A DNA stretch of 64,000 bases from Eledone cirrhosa (GCA_964016885.1 OZ024753.1:17732001-17796000), one strand, 5' to 3'. Positions 15,871-30,800 are shown, counted from the stretch's first letter. The notes: generated by a model from the sequence alone, not told the origin. Numbers and translations: made by a program.

Positions 15871-18800
15871 TACTAACTATAGTGTTCTGTAGCACTAGTC
15901 TAACTACTAGCTGTAGTTGTCTGTAGCACTAGTCTAACTACTAGCTGTAGTGGTCTGTAGCACTAGTCTAACTACTAGCTGTAGTGGTCTGTAGCACTAG
16001 TCTAACTACTAACTATAGTGTTCTGTAGCACTAGTCTAACTACTAGCTGTAGTGTTCTGTAGCACTAGTCTAACTACTAGCTGTAGTGGTCTGTAGCACT
16101 ATTCTAACTACTAGCTGTAGTGGTCTGTTGCACTAGTCTAACTACTAGCTGTAGTGGTCTGTAGCATTAGTCTAACTACTAGCTGTAATGGTCTGTAGCA
16201 CTAGTCTAACTACTAGCTGTAGTGGTCTGTAGCACTAGTCTAACTACTAGCTGTAGTGGTCTGTAGCACTAGTCTAACTACTAGCTGTAGTGGTCTGTAG
16301 CACTAGTCTAACTACTAGCTGTAGTGTTCTGTAGCACTAGTTTAACTACTAGCTGTAGTGTTATGTAGCACTAGTCTAACTACTAGCTGTAGTGTTCTGT
16401 AGCACTAGTCTAACTACTAGCTGTAGTGGTCTGTAGCACTAGTCTAACTACTAGCTGTAGTGGTCTGTAGCACTAGTCTAACTACTAACTATAGTATTCT
16501 GTAGCACTAGTCTAACTACTAGCTGTAGTGGTCTGTAGCACTAGTCTAACTACTAGCTGTAGTGGTCTGTTGCACTAGTCTAACTACTAGCTGTAGTGTT
16601 CTGTAGCACTAGTCTAACTACTAGCTGTAGTGTTCTGTAGCACTAGTCTAACTACTAGCTGTAGTGTTCTGTAGCACTAGTCTAACTACTAGCTGTAGTG
16701 GTCTGTAGCACTAGTCTAACTACTAGCTGTAGTGTTCTGTAGCACTAGTCTAACTACTAGCTGTAGTGTTCTGTAGCACTAGTCTAACTACTAGCTGTAG
16801 TGGTCTGTTGCACTAGTCTAACTACTAGCTGTAGTGTTCTGTAGCACTAGTCTAACTACTAGCTGTAGTGGTCTGTAGCACTAGTCTAACTACTAGCTGT
16901 AGTGTTCTGTAGCACTAGTCTAACTACTAGCTGTAGTGTTCTGTAGCACTAGTCTAACTACTAGCTGTAGTGTTCTGTAGCACTAGTCTAACTACTAGCT
17001 GTAGTGTTCTGTAGCACTAGTCTAACTACTAACTATAGTATTCTGTAGCACTAGTCTAACTACTAGCTGTAGTGGTCTGTAGCACTAGTCTAACTACTAG
17101 CTGTAGTGGTCTGTAGCACTAGTCTAACTACTAACTATAGTATTCTGTAGCACTAGTCTAACTACTAGCTGTAGTGTTCTGTAGCACTAGTCTAACTACT
17201 AACTATAGTATTCTGTAGCACTAGTCTAACTACTAGCTGTAGTGGTCTGTAGCACTAGTCTAACTACTAGCTGTAGTGGTCTGTAGCACTAGTCTAACTA
17301 CTAGCTGTAGTTGTCTGCAGCACTAGTCTAACTACTAGCTGTAGTGTTCTGTAGCACTAGTCTAACTACTAGCTGTAGTGTTCTGTAGCACTAGTCTAAC
17401 TACTAACTATAGTATTCTGTAGCACTAGTCTAACTACTAGCTGTAGTATTCTGTAGCACTAGTCTAACTACTAGCTGTAGTGGTCTGTAGCACTAGTCTA
17501 ACTACTAGCTGTAGTGTTCTGTAGCACTAGTCTAACTACTAACTATAGTATTCTGTAGCACTAGTCTAACTACTAGCTGTAGTGTTCTGTAGCACTAGTC
17601 TAACTACTAACTATAGTATTCTGTAGCACTAGTCTAACTACTAGCTGTAGTGGTCTGTAGCACTAGTCTAACTACTAGCTGTAGTGGTCTGTAGCACTAG
17701 TCTAACTACTAGCTGTAGTGGTCTGTAGCTCTAGTCTAACTACTAGCTGTAGTGTTCTGTAGCACTAGTCTAACTACTAGCTGTAGTGTTCTGTAGCACT
17801 AGTCTAACTACTAACTATAGTGTTCTGTAGCACTAGTCTAACTACTAGCTGTAGTGGTCTGTAGCACTAGTCTAACTACTAGCTGTAGTGTTCTGTATCA
17901 CTAGTCTAACTACTAGCTGTAGTGTTCTGTAGCACTAGTCTAACTACTAACTATAGTGTTATGTAGCACTAGTCTAACTACTAGCTGTAGTGGTCTGTAG
18001 CACTAGTCTAACTACTAGCTGTAGTGGTCTGTAGCACTAGTCTAACTACTAGCTGTAGTGGTCTGTAGCACTAGTCTAACTACTAGCTGTAGTGTTCTGT
18101 AGCACTAGTCTAACTACTAGCTGTAGTGGTCTGTAGCACTAGTCTAACTACTAGCTGTAGTGTTCTGTAGCACTAGTCTAACTACTAGCTGTAGTGGTCT
18201 GTAGCACTAGTCTAACTACTAGCTGTAGTGTTCTGTAGCACTAGTCTAACTACTAGCTGTAGTGTTCTGTAGCACTAGTCTAACTACTAGCTGTAGTGTT
18301 CTGTAGCACTAGTCTAACTACTAGCTGTAGTGGTCTGTAGCACTAGTCTAACTACTAGCTGTAGTGTTCTGTAGCACTAGTCTAACTACTAACTATAGTG
18401 TTCTGTAGCACTAGTCTAACTACTAGCTGTAGTGGTCTATAGCACTAGTCTAACTACTAGATGTAGTGTTCTGTAGCACTAGACTAACTACTAACTATAG
18501 TGTTCTGTAGCACTAGTCTAACTACTAGCTGTAGTGGTCTGTAGCACTAGTCTAACTACTAGATGTAGTGGTCTGTAGCACTAGTCTAACTACTAGCTGT
18601 AGTGTTCTGTAGCACTAGTCTAACTACTAACTATAGTGTTCTGTAGCACTAGTCTAACTACTAGCTGTAGTGGTCTGTAGCACTAGTCTAACTACTAGCT
18701 GTAGTGGTCTGTAGCACTAGTCTAACTACTAGCTGTAGTGTTCTGTAGCACTAGTCTAACTACTATCTATAGTGTTCTGTAGCACTAGTCTAACTACTAG

Positions 18801-21800
18801 CTGTAGTGGTCTGTAGCACTAGTCTAACTACTAGCTGTAGTGGTCTGTAGCACTAGTCTAACTACTAGCTGTAGTGGTCTGTAGCACTAGTCTAACTACT
18901 AGCTGTAGTGTTCTGTAGCACTAGTCTAACTACTAGCTGTAGTGTTCTGTAGCACTAGTCTAACTACTATCTATAGTGTTCTGTAGCACTAGTCTAACTA
19001 CTAGCTGTAGTGGTCTGTAGCACTAGTCTAACTACTATCTATAGTGTTCTGTAGCACTAGTCTAACTACTAGCTGTAGTGTTCTGTAGCACTAGTCTAAC
19101 TACTAACTATAGTGTTCTGTAGCACTAGTCTAACTACTAGCTGTAGTGGTCTGTAGCACTAGTCTAACTACTAGCTGTAGTGTTCTGTAGCACTAGTCTA
19201 ACTACTATCTATAGTGGTCTGTAGCACTAGTCTAACTAATAGCTGTAGTGTTCTGTAGCACTAGTCTAACTACTATCTATAGTGTTCTGTAGCACTAGTC
19301 TAACTACTAGCTGTAGTGTTCTGTAGCACTAGTCTAACTACTAACTATAGTGTTCTGTAGCACTAGTCTAACTACTAGCTGTAGTGGTCTGTAGCACTAG
19401 TCTAACTACTAGCTGTAGTGTTCTGTAGCACTAGTCTAACTACTATCTATAGTGGTCTGTAGCACTAGTCTAACTAATAGCTGTAGTGTTCTGTAGCACT
19501 AGTCTAACTACTATCTATAGTGTTCTGTAGCACTAGTCTAACTACTAGCTGTAGTGTTCTGTAGCACTAGTCTAACTACTAACTATAGTGTTCTGTAGCA
19601 CTAGTCTAACTACTAGCTGTAGTGGTCTGTAGCACTAGTCTAACTACTAGCTGTAGTGTTCTGTAGCACTAGTCTAACTACTATCTATAGTGTTCTGTAG
19701 CACTAGTCTAACTACTAGCTGTAGTGGTCTGTAGCACTAGTCTAACTACTAGCTGTAGTGGTCTGTAGCACTAGTCTAACTACTAACTATAGTGTTCTGT
19801 AGCACTAGTCTAACTACTAACTATAGTGTTCTGTAGCACTAGTCTAACTACTATCTATAGTGTTCTGTAGCACTAGTCTAACTACTAGCTGTAGTGTTCT
19901 GTAGCACTAGTCTAACTACTAGCTGTAGTGGTCTGTAGCACTAGTCTAACTACTAACTATAGTGTTCTGTAGCACTAGTCTAACTACTAGCTGTAGTGGT
20001 CTGTAGCACTAGTCTAACTACTAGCTGTAGTAATCTATAGCACTAGTCTAACTACTAGCTGTAGTTTTCTGTAGCACGTGTCTAACTACTAACTGTAGTT
20101 GTCTGTAGCAATCTGTAGCACTAGTCTAACTACTAGCTGTATTGGTCTGTAGCAATCAGTAGCACTAGTCTAACTACTAGCTGTAGTTTTCTGTAGCACT
20201 AGTCTAACTACTAACTGTAGTTGTCTGTAGCAATCTGTAGCACTAGTCTAACTACTAGCTGTAGTTGTCTGTAGCAATCTGTAGCACTAGTCTAACTACT
20301 AACTGTAGTTGTCTGTAGCAATCTGTAGCACTAGTCTAACTACTAGCTGTAGTGGTCTGTAGCACTAGTCTAACTACTAGCTGTAGTGGTCTGTAGCACT
20401 AGTCTAACTACTAGCTGTGGTTGTCTGTAGCACTAGTCTAACTACTAGCTGTAGTGGTCTGTAGCACTAGTCTAACTACTAGCTGTAGTGTTCTGTATCA
20501 CTAGTCTAACTACTAGCTGTAGTGGTCTGTAGCACTAGTCTAACTACTAGCTGTAATGGTCTGTAGCACTGGTATAACTACTAGCTGTAGTGGTCTGTAG
20601 CACTAGTCTAACTACTAGCTGTAGTTGTCTGTAGCACTAGTCTAACTACTAGCTGTAGTGGTCTGTAGCACTAGTCTAACTACTAGCTGTGGTTGTCTGT
20701 AGCACTAGTCTAACTACTAGCTGTAGTGGTCTGTAGCACTAGTCTAACTACTAGCTGTAGTGTTCTGTATCACTAGTCTAACTACTAGCTGTAGTGGTCT
20801 GTAGCACTAGTCTAACTACTAGCTGTAATGGTCTGTAGCACTAGTCTAACTACTAGCTGTAGTTGTCTGTAGCACTAGTCTAACTACTAGCTGTAGTGTT
20901 CTGTATCACTAGTCTAACTACTAGCTGTAGTTGTCTGTAGCACTAGTATAACTACTAGCTGAAGTGGTCTGTAGCACTAGTCTAACTACTAGCTGTAGTG
21001 ATCTGTAGCACTAGTCTAACTACTAGCTGTAGTGTTCTGTAGCACTAGTTTAACTACTAGCTGTAGTGTTATGTAGCACTAGTCTAACTACTAGCTGTAG
21101 TGGTCTGTAGCACTAGTCTAACTACTAGCTGTAGTGGTCTGTAGCACTAGTCTAACTACTAGCTGTAGTGTTCTGTAGCAATCTGTAACACTAGTCTAAC
21201 TACTAGCTGTAGTGGTCTGTAGCACTTGTCTATCTATTAGCTGTAGTGGTCTGTAGCAATCTGTAGCGCTAGTCTAACTACTAGCTGTAATGGTCTGTAG
21301 CACTAGTCTAACTACTAGCTGTAGTGGTCTGTAGCACTAGTCTAACTACTAGCTGTAGTGGTCTGTAGCACTAGTCTAACTACTAGCTGTAGTGGTCTGT
21401 AGCACTAGTCTAACTACTAGCTGTAGTGTTCTGTAGCACTAGTCTAACTACTAGCTGTAGTTGTCTGTAGCAGTGGTCTAACTACTAGCTGAAGTGGTCT
21501 GTAGCACTAGTCTAACTACTAGCTGTAGTGGTCTGTAGCACTCGTCTAACTACTAGCTGTAGTGGTCTGTAGCACTAGTCTAACTACTAGCTGTAGTGGT
21601 CTGTAGCACTAGTCTAACTACTAGCTGTAGTGGTCTGTAGCACTAGTCTAACTACTAGCTGTAGTGGTCTGTAGCACTAGTCTAACTACTAGCTGTAGTT
21701 TTCTGTAGCACTAGTCTAACTACTAGCTGTAGTGTTCTGTAGCACTAGTCTAACTACTAGCTGTAGTTGTCTGTAGCAGTGGTCTAACTACTAGCTGAAG

Positions 21801-24800
21801 TGGTCTGTAGCACTAGTCTAACTACTAGCTGTAGTGGTCTGTAGCACTCGTCTAACTACTAGCTGTAGTAATATGTAGCACTAGTCTAACTACTAGCTGT
21901 AGTGGTCTGTAGCACTAGTCTAACTACTAGCTATAGTGGTCTGTAGCACTAGTCTAACTACTAGCTGTAGTGGTCTGTAACACTAGTCTAACTACTAGCT
22001 GTAGTGGTCTGTAGCACTAGTCTAACTACTAGCTGTAGTTTTCTGTAGCACTAGTCTAACTACTAGCTGTATTGGTCTGTAGCAATCAGTAGCACTAGTC
22101 TAACTACTAGCTGTAGTAGTCTGTAGCACTAGTCTAACTACTAACTGTAGTTGTCTGTAGCAATCTGTAACACTAGTCTAACTACTAGCTGTAGTGGTCT
22201 GTAGCAATCTGTAGCACTAGTCTAACTACTAGCTGTAGTGGTCTGTAGCACTAGTCTAACTACTAGCTGTAGTGGTCTGTAGCACTAGTCTAACTACTAA
22301 CTATAGTGTTCTGTAGCACTAGTCTAACTACTAGCTGTAGTGGTCTGTAGCACTAGTCTAACTACTAGCTGTAGTGGTCTGTAGCACTAGTCTAACTACT
22401 AGCTGTAGTGTTCTGTAGCACTAGTCTAACTACTATCTATAGTGTTCTGTAGCACTAGTCTAACTACTAGCTGTAGTGTTCTGTAGCACTAGTCTAACTA
22501 CTAGCTGTAGTGGTCTGTAGCACTAGTCTAACTACTAACTATAGTGTTCTGTAGCACTAGTCTAACTACTAACTATAGTGTTCTGTAGCACTAGTCTAAC
22601 TACTAGCTGTAGTGGTCTGTAGCACTAGTCTAACTACTGGCTGTAGTGGTCTGTAGCACTAATCTAACTACTAGCTGTAGTGTTCTGTAGCACTAGTCTA
22701 ACTACTAGCTGTAGTGTTCTGTAGCACTAGTCTAACTACTAGCTGTAGTTTTCTGTAGCACGTGTCTAACTACTAACTGTAGTTGTCTGTAGCAATCTGT
22801 AGCACTAGTCTAACTACTAGCTGTAGTGGTCTGTAGCAAACTGTAGCACTAGTCTAACTACTAGCTGTATTGGTCTGTAGCAATCAGTAGCACTAGTCTA
22901 ACTACTAGCTGTAGTGGTCTGTAGCAAACTGTAGCACTAGTCTAACTACTAGCTGTATTGGTCTGTAGCAATCTGTAGCACTAGTCTAACTACTAGCTGT
23001 AGTGGTCTGTAGCAAGCTGTAGCACTAGTCTAACTACTAGCTGTAGTGGTCTGTAGCACTAGTCTAACTACTAGCTGTGGTTGTCTGTAGCACTAGTCTA
23101 ACTAGTAGCTGTAGTGGTCTGTAGCACTAGTCTAACTACTAGCTGTAGTGTTCTGTATCACTAGTCTAACTACTAGCTGTAGTGGTCTGTAGCACTAGTC
23201 TAACTACTAGCTGTAATGGTCTGTAGCACTAGTCTAACTACTAGCTGTAGTGATCTGTAGCAATCTGTAGCACTAGTCTAACTACTAGCTGTAGTGGTCT
23301 GTAGCAAGCTGTAGCACTAGTCTAACTACTAGCTGTAGTGGTCTGTAGCACTGGTATAACTACTAGCTGAAGTGGTCTGTAGCACTAGTCTAACTACTAG
23401 CTGTAGTGATCTGTAGCACTAGTCTAACTACTAGCTGTAGTGTTCTGTAGCACTAGTTTAACTACTAGCTGTAGTGTTATGTAGCATTAGTCTAACTACT
23501 AGCTGTAGTGGTCTGTAGCACTAGTCTAACTACTAGCTGTAGTGGTCTGTAGCACTAGTCTAACTACTAGCTGTAGTGATCTGTAGCACTAGTCTAACTA
23601 CTAGCTGTAGTGTTCTGTAGCACTAGTTTAACTACTAGCTGTAGTGTTATGTAGCATTAGTCTAACTACTAGCTGTAGTGGTCTGTAGCACTAGTCTAAC
23701 TACTAGCTGTAGTGGTCTGTAGCACTAGTCTAACTACTAGCTGTAGTGGTCTGTAGCACTAGTCTAACTACTAGCTGTAGTGTTCTGTATCACTAGTCTA
23801 ACTACTAGCTGTAGTGGTCTGTAGCACTAGTCTAACTACTAGCTGTAGTGGTCTGTAGCACTAGTCTAACTACTAGCTGTAGTGTTCTGTATCACTAGTC
23901 TAACTACTAGCTGTAGTGGTCTGTAGCACTAGTCTAACTACTAGCTGTAGTGTTCTGTATCACTAGTCTAACTACTAGCTGTAGTGGTCTGTAGCACTAG
24001 TCTAACTACTAGCTGTAGTGGTCTGTAGCACTAGTCTAACTACTAGCTGTAGTGTTCTGTATCACTAGTCTAACTACTAGCTGTAGTGGTCTGTAGCACT
24101 AGTCTAACTACTAGCTGTAGTGTTCTGTAGCACTAGTCTAACTACTAGCTGTAGTGGTCTGTAGCACTAGTCTAACTACTAGCTGTAGTGGTCTGTAGCA
24201 CTAGTCTAACTACTAGCTGTAGTGGTCTGTAGCACTAGTCTAACTACTAGCTGTAGTGGTCTGTAGCACTAGTCTAACTACTAGCTGTAGTGGTCTGTAG
24301 CACTAGTCTAACTACTAGCTGTAGTGGTCTGTAGCACTAGTCTAACTACTAGCTGTAGTGGTCTGTAGCACTAGTCTAACTACTAGCTGTAGTGGTCTGT
24401 AGCACTAGTCTAACTACTAGCTGTAGTGGTCTGTAGCACTAGTCTAACTACTAGCTGTAGTGTTCTGTATCACTAGTCTAACTACTAGCTGTAGTGGTCT
24501 GTAGCACTAGTCTAACTACTAGCTGTAGTGTTCTGTAGCAAGCTGTAGCACTAGTCTAACTACTAGCTGTAGTGGTCTGTAGCACTGGTATAACTACTAG
24601 CTGAAGTGGTCTGTAGCACTAGTCTAACTACTAGCTGTAGTGATCTGTAGCACTAGTCTAACTACTAGCTGTAGTGTTCTGTAGCACTAGTTTAACTACT
24701 AGCTGTAGTGTTATGTAGCATTAGTCTAACTACTAGCTGTAGTGGTCTGTAGCACTAGTCTAACTACTAGCTGTAGTGGTCTGTAGCACTAGTCTAACTA

Positions 24801-27800
24801 CTAGCTGTAGTGGTCTGTAGCACTAGTCTAACTACTAGCTGTAGTGTTCTGTATCACTAGTCTAACTACTAGCTGTAGTGGTCTGTAGCACTAGTCTAAC
24901 TACTAGCTGTAGTGTTCTGTAGCAATCTGTAACACTAGTCTAACTACTAGCTGTAGTGGTCTGTAGCACTTGTCTATCTATTAGCTGTAGTGGTCTGTAG
25001 CAATCTGTAGCGCTAGTCTAACTACTAGCTGTAATGGTCTGTAGCACTAGTCTAACTACTAGCTGTAGTGGTCTGTAGCACTAGTCTAACTACTAGCTGT
25101 AGTGGTCTGTAGCACTAGTCTAACTACTAGCTGTAGTGGTCTGTAGCACTAGTCTAACTACTAGCTGTAGTTTTCTGTAGCACTAGTCTAACTACTAGCT
25201 GTAGTGTTCTGTAGCACTAGTCTAACTACTAGCTGTAGTGTTCTGTAGCACTAGTCTAACTACTAGCTGTAGTTGTCTGTAGCAGTGGTCTAACTACTAG
25301 CTGAAGTGGTCTGTAGCACTAGTCTAACTACTAGCTGTAGTGGTCTGTAGCACTCGTCTAACTACTAGCTGTAGTAATATGTAGCACTAGTCTAACTACT
25401 AGCTGTAGTGGTCTGTAGCACTAGTCTAACTACTAGCTATAGTGGTCTGTAGCACTAGTCTAACTACTAGCTGTAGTGGTCTGTAACACTAGTCTAACTA
25501 CTAGCTGTAGTGGTCTGTAGCACTAGTCTAACTACTAGCTGTAGTTTTCTGTAGCACTAGTCTAACTACTAGCTGTATTGGTCTGTAGCAATCAGTAGCA
25601 CTAGTCTAACTACTAGCTGTAGTAGTCTGTAGCACTAGTCTAACTACTAACTGTAGTTGTCTGTAGCACTAGTCTAACTACTAGCTGTAGTGGTCTGTAG
25701 CAATCTGTAGCACTAGTCTAACTACTAGCTGTAGTAGTCTGTAGCACTAGTCTAACTACTAACTGTAGCAATCTGTAACACTAGTCTAACTACTAGCTGT
25801 AGTGGTCTGTAGCAATCTGTAGCACTAGTCTAACTACTAGCTGTAGTGGTCTGTAGCACTAGTCTAACTACTAGCTGTAGTGGTCTGTAGCACTAGTCTA
25901 ACTACTAACTATAGTGTTCTGTAGCACTAGTCTAACTACTAGCTGTAGTGGTCTGTAGCACTAGTCTAACTACTAGCTGTAGTGGTCTGTAGCACTAGTC
26001 TAACTACTAGCTGTAGTGTTCTGTAGCACTAGTCTAACTACTATCTATAGTGTTCTGTAGCACTAGTCTAACTACTAGCTGTAGTGTTCTGTAGCACTAG
26101 TCTAACTACTAGCTGTAGTGGTCTGTAGCACTAGTCTAACTACTAACTATAGTGTTCTGTAGCACTAGTCTAACTACTAACTATAGTGTTCTGTAGCACT
26201 AGTCTAACTACTAGCTGTAGTGGTCTGTAGCACTAGTCTAACTACTGGCTGTAGTGGTCTGTAGCACTAATCTAACTACTAGCTGTAGTGTTCTGTAGCA
26301 CTAGTCTAACTACTAGCTGTAGTGTTCTGTAGCACTAGTCTAACTACTAGCTGTAGTTTTCTGTAGCACGTGTCTAACTACTAACTGTAGTTGTCTGTAG
26401 CAATCTGTAGCACTAGTCTAACTACTAGCTGTAGTGGTCTGTAGCAAACTGTAGCACTAGTCTAACTACTAGCTGTATTGGTCTGTAGCAATCAGTAGCA
26501 CTAGTCTAACTACTAGCTGTAGTGGTCTGTAGCAAACTGTAGCACTAGTCTAACTACTAGCTGTATTGGTCTGTAGCAATCTGTAGCACTAGTCTAACTA
26601 CTAGCTGTAGTGGTCTGTAGCAAGCTGTAGCACTAGTCTAACTACTAGCTGTAGTGGTCTGTAGCACTAGTCTAACTACTAGCTGTGGTTGTCTGTAGCA
26701 CTAGTCTAACTAGTAGCTGTAGTGGTCTGTAGCACTAGTCTAACTACTAGCTGTAGTGTTCTGTATCACTAGTCTAACTACTAGCTGTAGTGGTCTGTAG
26801 CACTAGTCTAACTACTAGCTGTAATGGTCTGTAGCACTAGTCTAACTACTAGCTGTAGTGATCTGTAGCAATCTGTAGCACTAGTCTAACTACTAGCTGT
26901 AGTGGTCTGTAGCAAGCTGTAGCACTAGTCTAACTACTAGCTGTAGTGGTCTGTAGCACTGGTATAACTACTAGCTGAAGTGGTCTGTAGCACTAGTCTA
27001 ACTACTAGCTGTAGTGATCTGTAGCACTAGTCTAACTACTAGCTGTAGTGTTCTGTAGCACTAGTTTAACTACTAGCTGTAGTGTTATGTAGCATTAGTC
27101 TAACTACTAGCTGTAGTGGTCTGTAGCACTAGTCTAACTACTAGCTGTAGTGGTCTGTAGCACTAGTCTAACTACTAGCTGTAGTGATCTGTAGCACTAG
27201 TCTAACTACTAGCTGTAGTGTTCTGTAGCACTAGTTTAACTACTAGCTGTAGTGTTATGTAGCATTAGTCTAACTACTAGCTGTAGTGGTCTGTAGCACT
27301 AGTCTAACTACTAGCTGTAGTGGTCTGTAGCACTAGTCTAACTACTAGCTGTAGTGGTCTGTAGCACTAGTCTAACTACTAGCTGTAGTGTTCTGTATCA
27401 CTAGTCTAACTACTAGCTGTAGTGGTCTGTAGCACTAGTCTAACTACTAGCTGTAGTGGTCTGTAGCACTAGTCTAACTACTAGCTGTAGTGTTCTGTAT
27501 CACTAGTCTAACTACTAGCTGTAGTGGTCTGTAGCACTAGTCTAACTACTAGCTGTAGTGTTCTGTATCACTAGTCTAACTACTAGCTGTAGTGGTCTGT
27601 AGCACTAGTCTAACTACTAGCTGTAGTGGTCTGTAGCACTAGTCTAACTACTAGCTGTAGTGTTCTGTATCACTAGTCTAACTACTAGCTGTAGTGGTCT
27701 GTAGCACTAGTCTAACTACTAGCTGTAGTGTTCTGTAGCACTAGTCTAACTACTAGCTGTAGTGGTCTGTAGCACTAGTCTAACTACTAGCTGTAGTGGT

Positions 27801-30800
27801 CTGTAGCACTAGTCTAACTACTAGCTGTAGTGGTCTGTAGCACTAGTCTAACTACTAGCTGTAGTGGTCTGTAGCACTAGTCTAACTACTAGCTGTAGTG
27901 GTCTGTAGCACTAGTCTAACTACTAGCTGTAGTGGTCTGTAGCACTAGTCTAACTACTAGCTGTAGTGGTCTGTAGCACTAGTCTAACTACTAGCTGTAG
28001 TGGTCTGTAGCACTAGTCTAACTACTAGCTGTAGTGGTCTGTAGCACTAGTCTAACTACTAGCTGTAGTGTTCTGTATCACTAGTCTAACTACTAGCTGT
28101 AGTGGTCTGTAGCACTAGTCTAACTACTAGCTGTAGTGTTCTGTAGCAAGCTGTAGCACTAGTCTAACTACTAGCTGTAGTGGTCTGTAGCACTGGTATA
28201 ACTACTAGCTGAAGTGGTCTGTAGCACTAGTCTAACTACTAGCTGTAGTGATCTGTAGCACTAGTCTAACTACTAGCTGTAGTGTTCTGTAGCACTAGTT
28301 TAACTACTAGCTGTAGTGTTATGTAGCATTAGTCTAACTACTAGCTGTAGTGGTCTGTAGCACTAGTCTAACTACTAGCTGTAGTGGTCTGTAGCACTAG
28401 TCTAACTACTAGCTGTAGTGGTCTGTAGCACTAGTCTAACTACTAGCTGTAGTGTTCTGTATCACTAGTCTAACTACTAGCTGTAGTGGTCTGTAGCACT
28501 AGTCTAACTACTAGCTGTAGTGTTCTGTAGCAATCTGTAACACTAGTCTAACTACTAGCTGTAGTGGTCTGTAGCACTTGTCTATCTATTAGCTGTAGTG
28601 GTCTGTAGCAATCTGTAGCGCTAGTCTAACTACTAGCTGTAATGGTCTGTAGCACTAGTCTAACTACTAGCTGTAGTGGTCTGTAGCACTAGTCTAACTA
28701 CTAGCTGTAGTGGTCTGTAGCACTAGTCTAACTACTAGCTGTAGTGGTCTGTAGCACTAGTCTAACTACTAGCTGTAGTTTTCTGTAGCACTAGTCTAAC
28801 TACTAGCTGTAGTGTTCTGTAGCACTAGTCTAACTACTAGCTGTAGTTGTCTGTAGCAGTGGTCTAACTACTAGCTGAAGTGGTCTGTAGCACTAGTCTA
28901 ACTACTAGCTGTAGTGGTCTGTAGCACTCGTCTAACTACTAGCTGTAGTAATATGTAGCACTAGTCTAACTACTAGCTGTAGTGGTCTGTAGCACTAGTC
29001 TAACTACTAGCTGTAGTGGTCTGTAGCACTAGTCTAACTACTAGCTGTAGTTGTCTGTAGCAGTGGTCTAACTACTAGCTGAAGTGGTCTGTAGCACTAG
29101 TCTAACTACTAGCTGTAGTGGTCTGTAACACTAGTCTAACTACTAGCTGTAGTGGTCTGTAGCACTAGTCTAACTACTAGCTGTAGTGGTCTGTAGCACT
29201 AGTCTAACTACTAGCTATAGTGGTCTGTAGCACTAGTCTAACTACTAGCTGTAGTGGTCTGTAACACTAGTCTAACTACTAGCTGTAGTGGTCTGTAGCA
29301 CTAGTCTAACTACTAGCTGTAGTTTTCTGTAGCACTAGTCTAACTACTAGCTGTATTGGTCTGTAGCAATCAGTAGCACTAGTCTAACTACTAGCTGTAG
29401 TAGTCTGTAGCACTAGTCTAACTACTAACTGTAGTTGTCTGTAGCAAGCTGTAGCACTAGTCTAACTACTAGCTGTAGTGGTCTGTAGCACTGGTATAAC
29501 TACTAGCTGAAGTGGTCTGTAGCACTAGTCTAACTACTAGCTGTAGTGATCTGTAGCACTAGTCTAACTACTAGCTGTAGTGTTCTGTAGCACTAGTTTA
29601 ACTACTAGCTGTAGTGTTATGTAGCATTAGTCTAACTACTAGCTGTAGTGGTCTGTAGCACTAGTCTAACTACTAGCTGTAGTGGTCTGTAGCACTAGTC
29701 TAACTACTAGCTGTAGTGGTCTGTAGCACTAGTCTAACTACTAGCTGTAGTGTTCTGTATCACTAGTCTAACTACTAGCTGTAGTGGTCTGTAGCACTAG
29801 TCTAACTACTAGCTGTAGTGTTCTGTAGCAATCTGTAACACTAGTCTAACTACTAGCTGTAGTGGTCTGTAGCACTTGTCTATCTATTAGCTGTAGTGGT
29901 CTGTAGCAATCTGTAGCGCTAGTCTAACTACTAGCTGTAATGGTCTGTAGCACTAGTCTAACTACTAGCTGTAGTGGTCTGTAGCACTAGTCTAACTACT
30001 AGCTGTAGTGGTCTGTAGCACTAGTCTAACTACTAGCTGTAGTGGTCTGTAGCACTAGTCTAACTACTAGCTGTAGTTTTCTGTAGCACTAGTCTAACTA
30101 CTAGCTGTAGTGTTCTGTAGCACTAGTCTAACTACTAGCTGTAGTGTTCTGTAGCAATCTGTAGCACTAGTCTAACTACTAGCTGTAGTTGTCTGTAGCA
30201 CTAGTCTAACTACTAGCTGTTGTTGTCTGTAGCACTGGTATAACTACTAGCTGAAGTGGTCTGTAGCACTAGTCTAACTACTAGCTGTAGTGGTCTGTAG
30301 CACTAGTCTAACTACTAGCTGTAGTGTTCTGTAGCACTAGTCTAACTACTAGCTGTAGTGGTCTGTAGCACTAGTCTAACTACTAGCTGTAGTGGTCTGT
30401 AGCACTAGTCTAACTACTAGCTGTAGTTTTCTGTAGCACTAGTCTAACTACTAGCTGTAGTGTTCTGTAGCACTAGTCTAACTACTAGCTGTAGTTGTCT
30501 GTAGCACTAGTCTAACTACTAGCTGTAGTGTTCTGTAGCACTAGTCTAACTACTAGCTGTAGTGTTCTGTAGCAATGTGTAACACTAGTCTAACTACTAG
30601 CTGTAGTCGTCTGTAGCACTTGTCTATCTATTAGCTGTAGTGGTCTGTAGCAATCTGTAGCGCTAGTCTAACTACTAACTGTAGTGGTCTGTACCACTAG
30701 TCTAACTACTAGCTGTAATGGTCTGTAGAACTAGTCTAACTACTAGCTGTAGTGTTCTGTAGCACTAGTCTAACTACTAGCTGTAGTGGTCTGTAGCACT

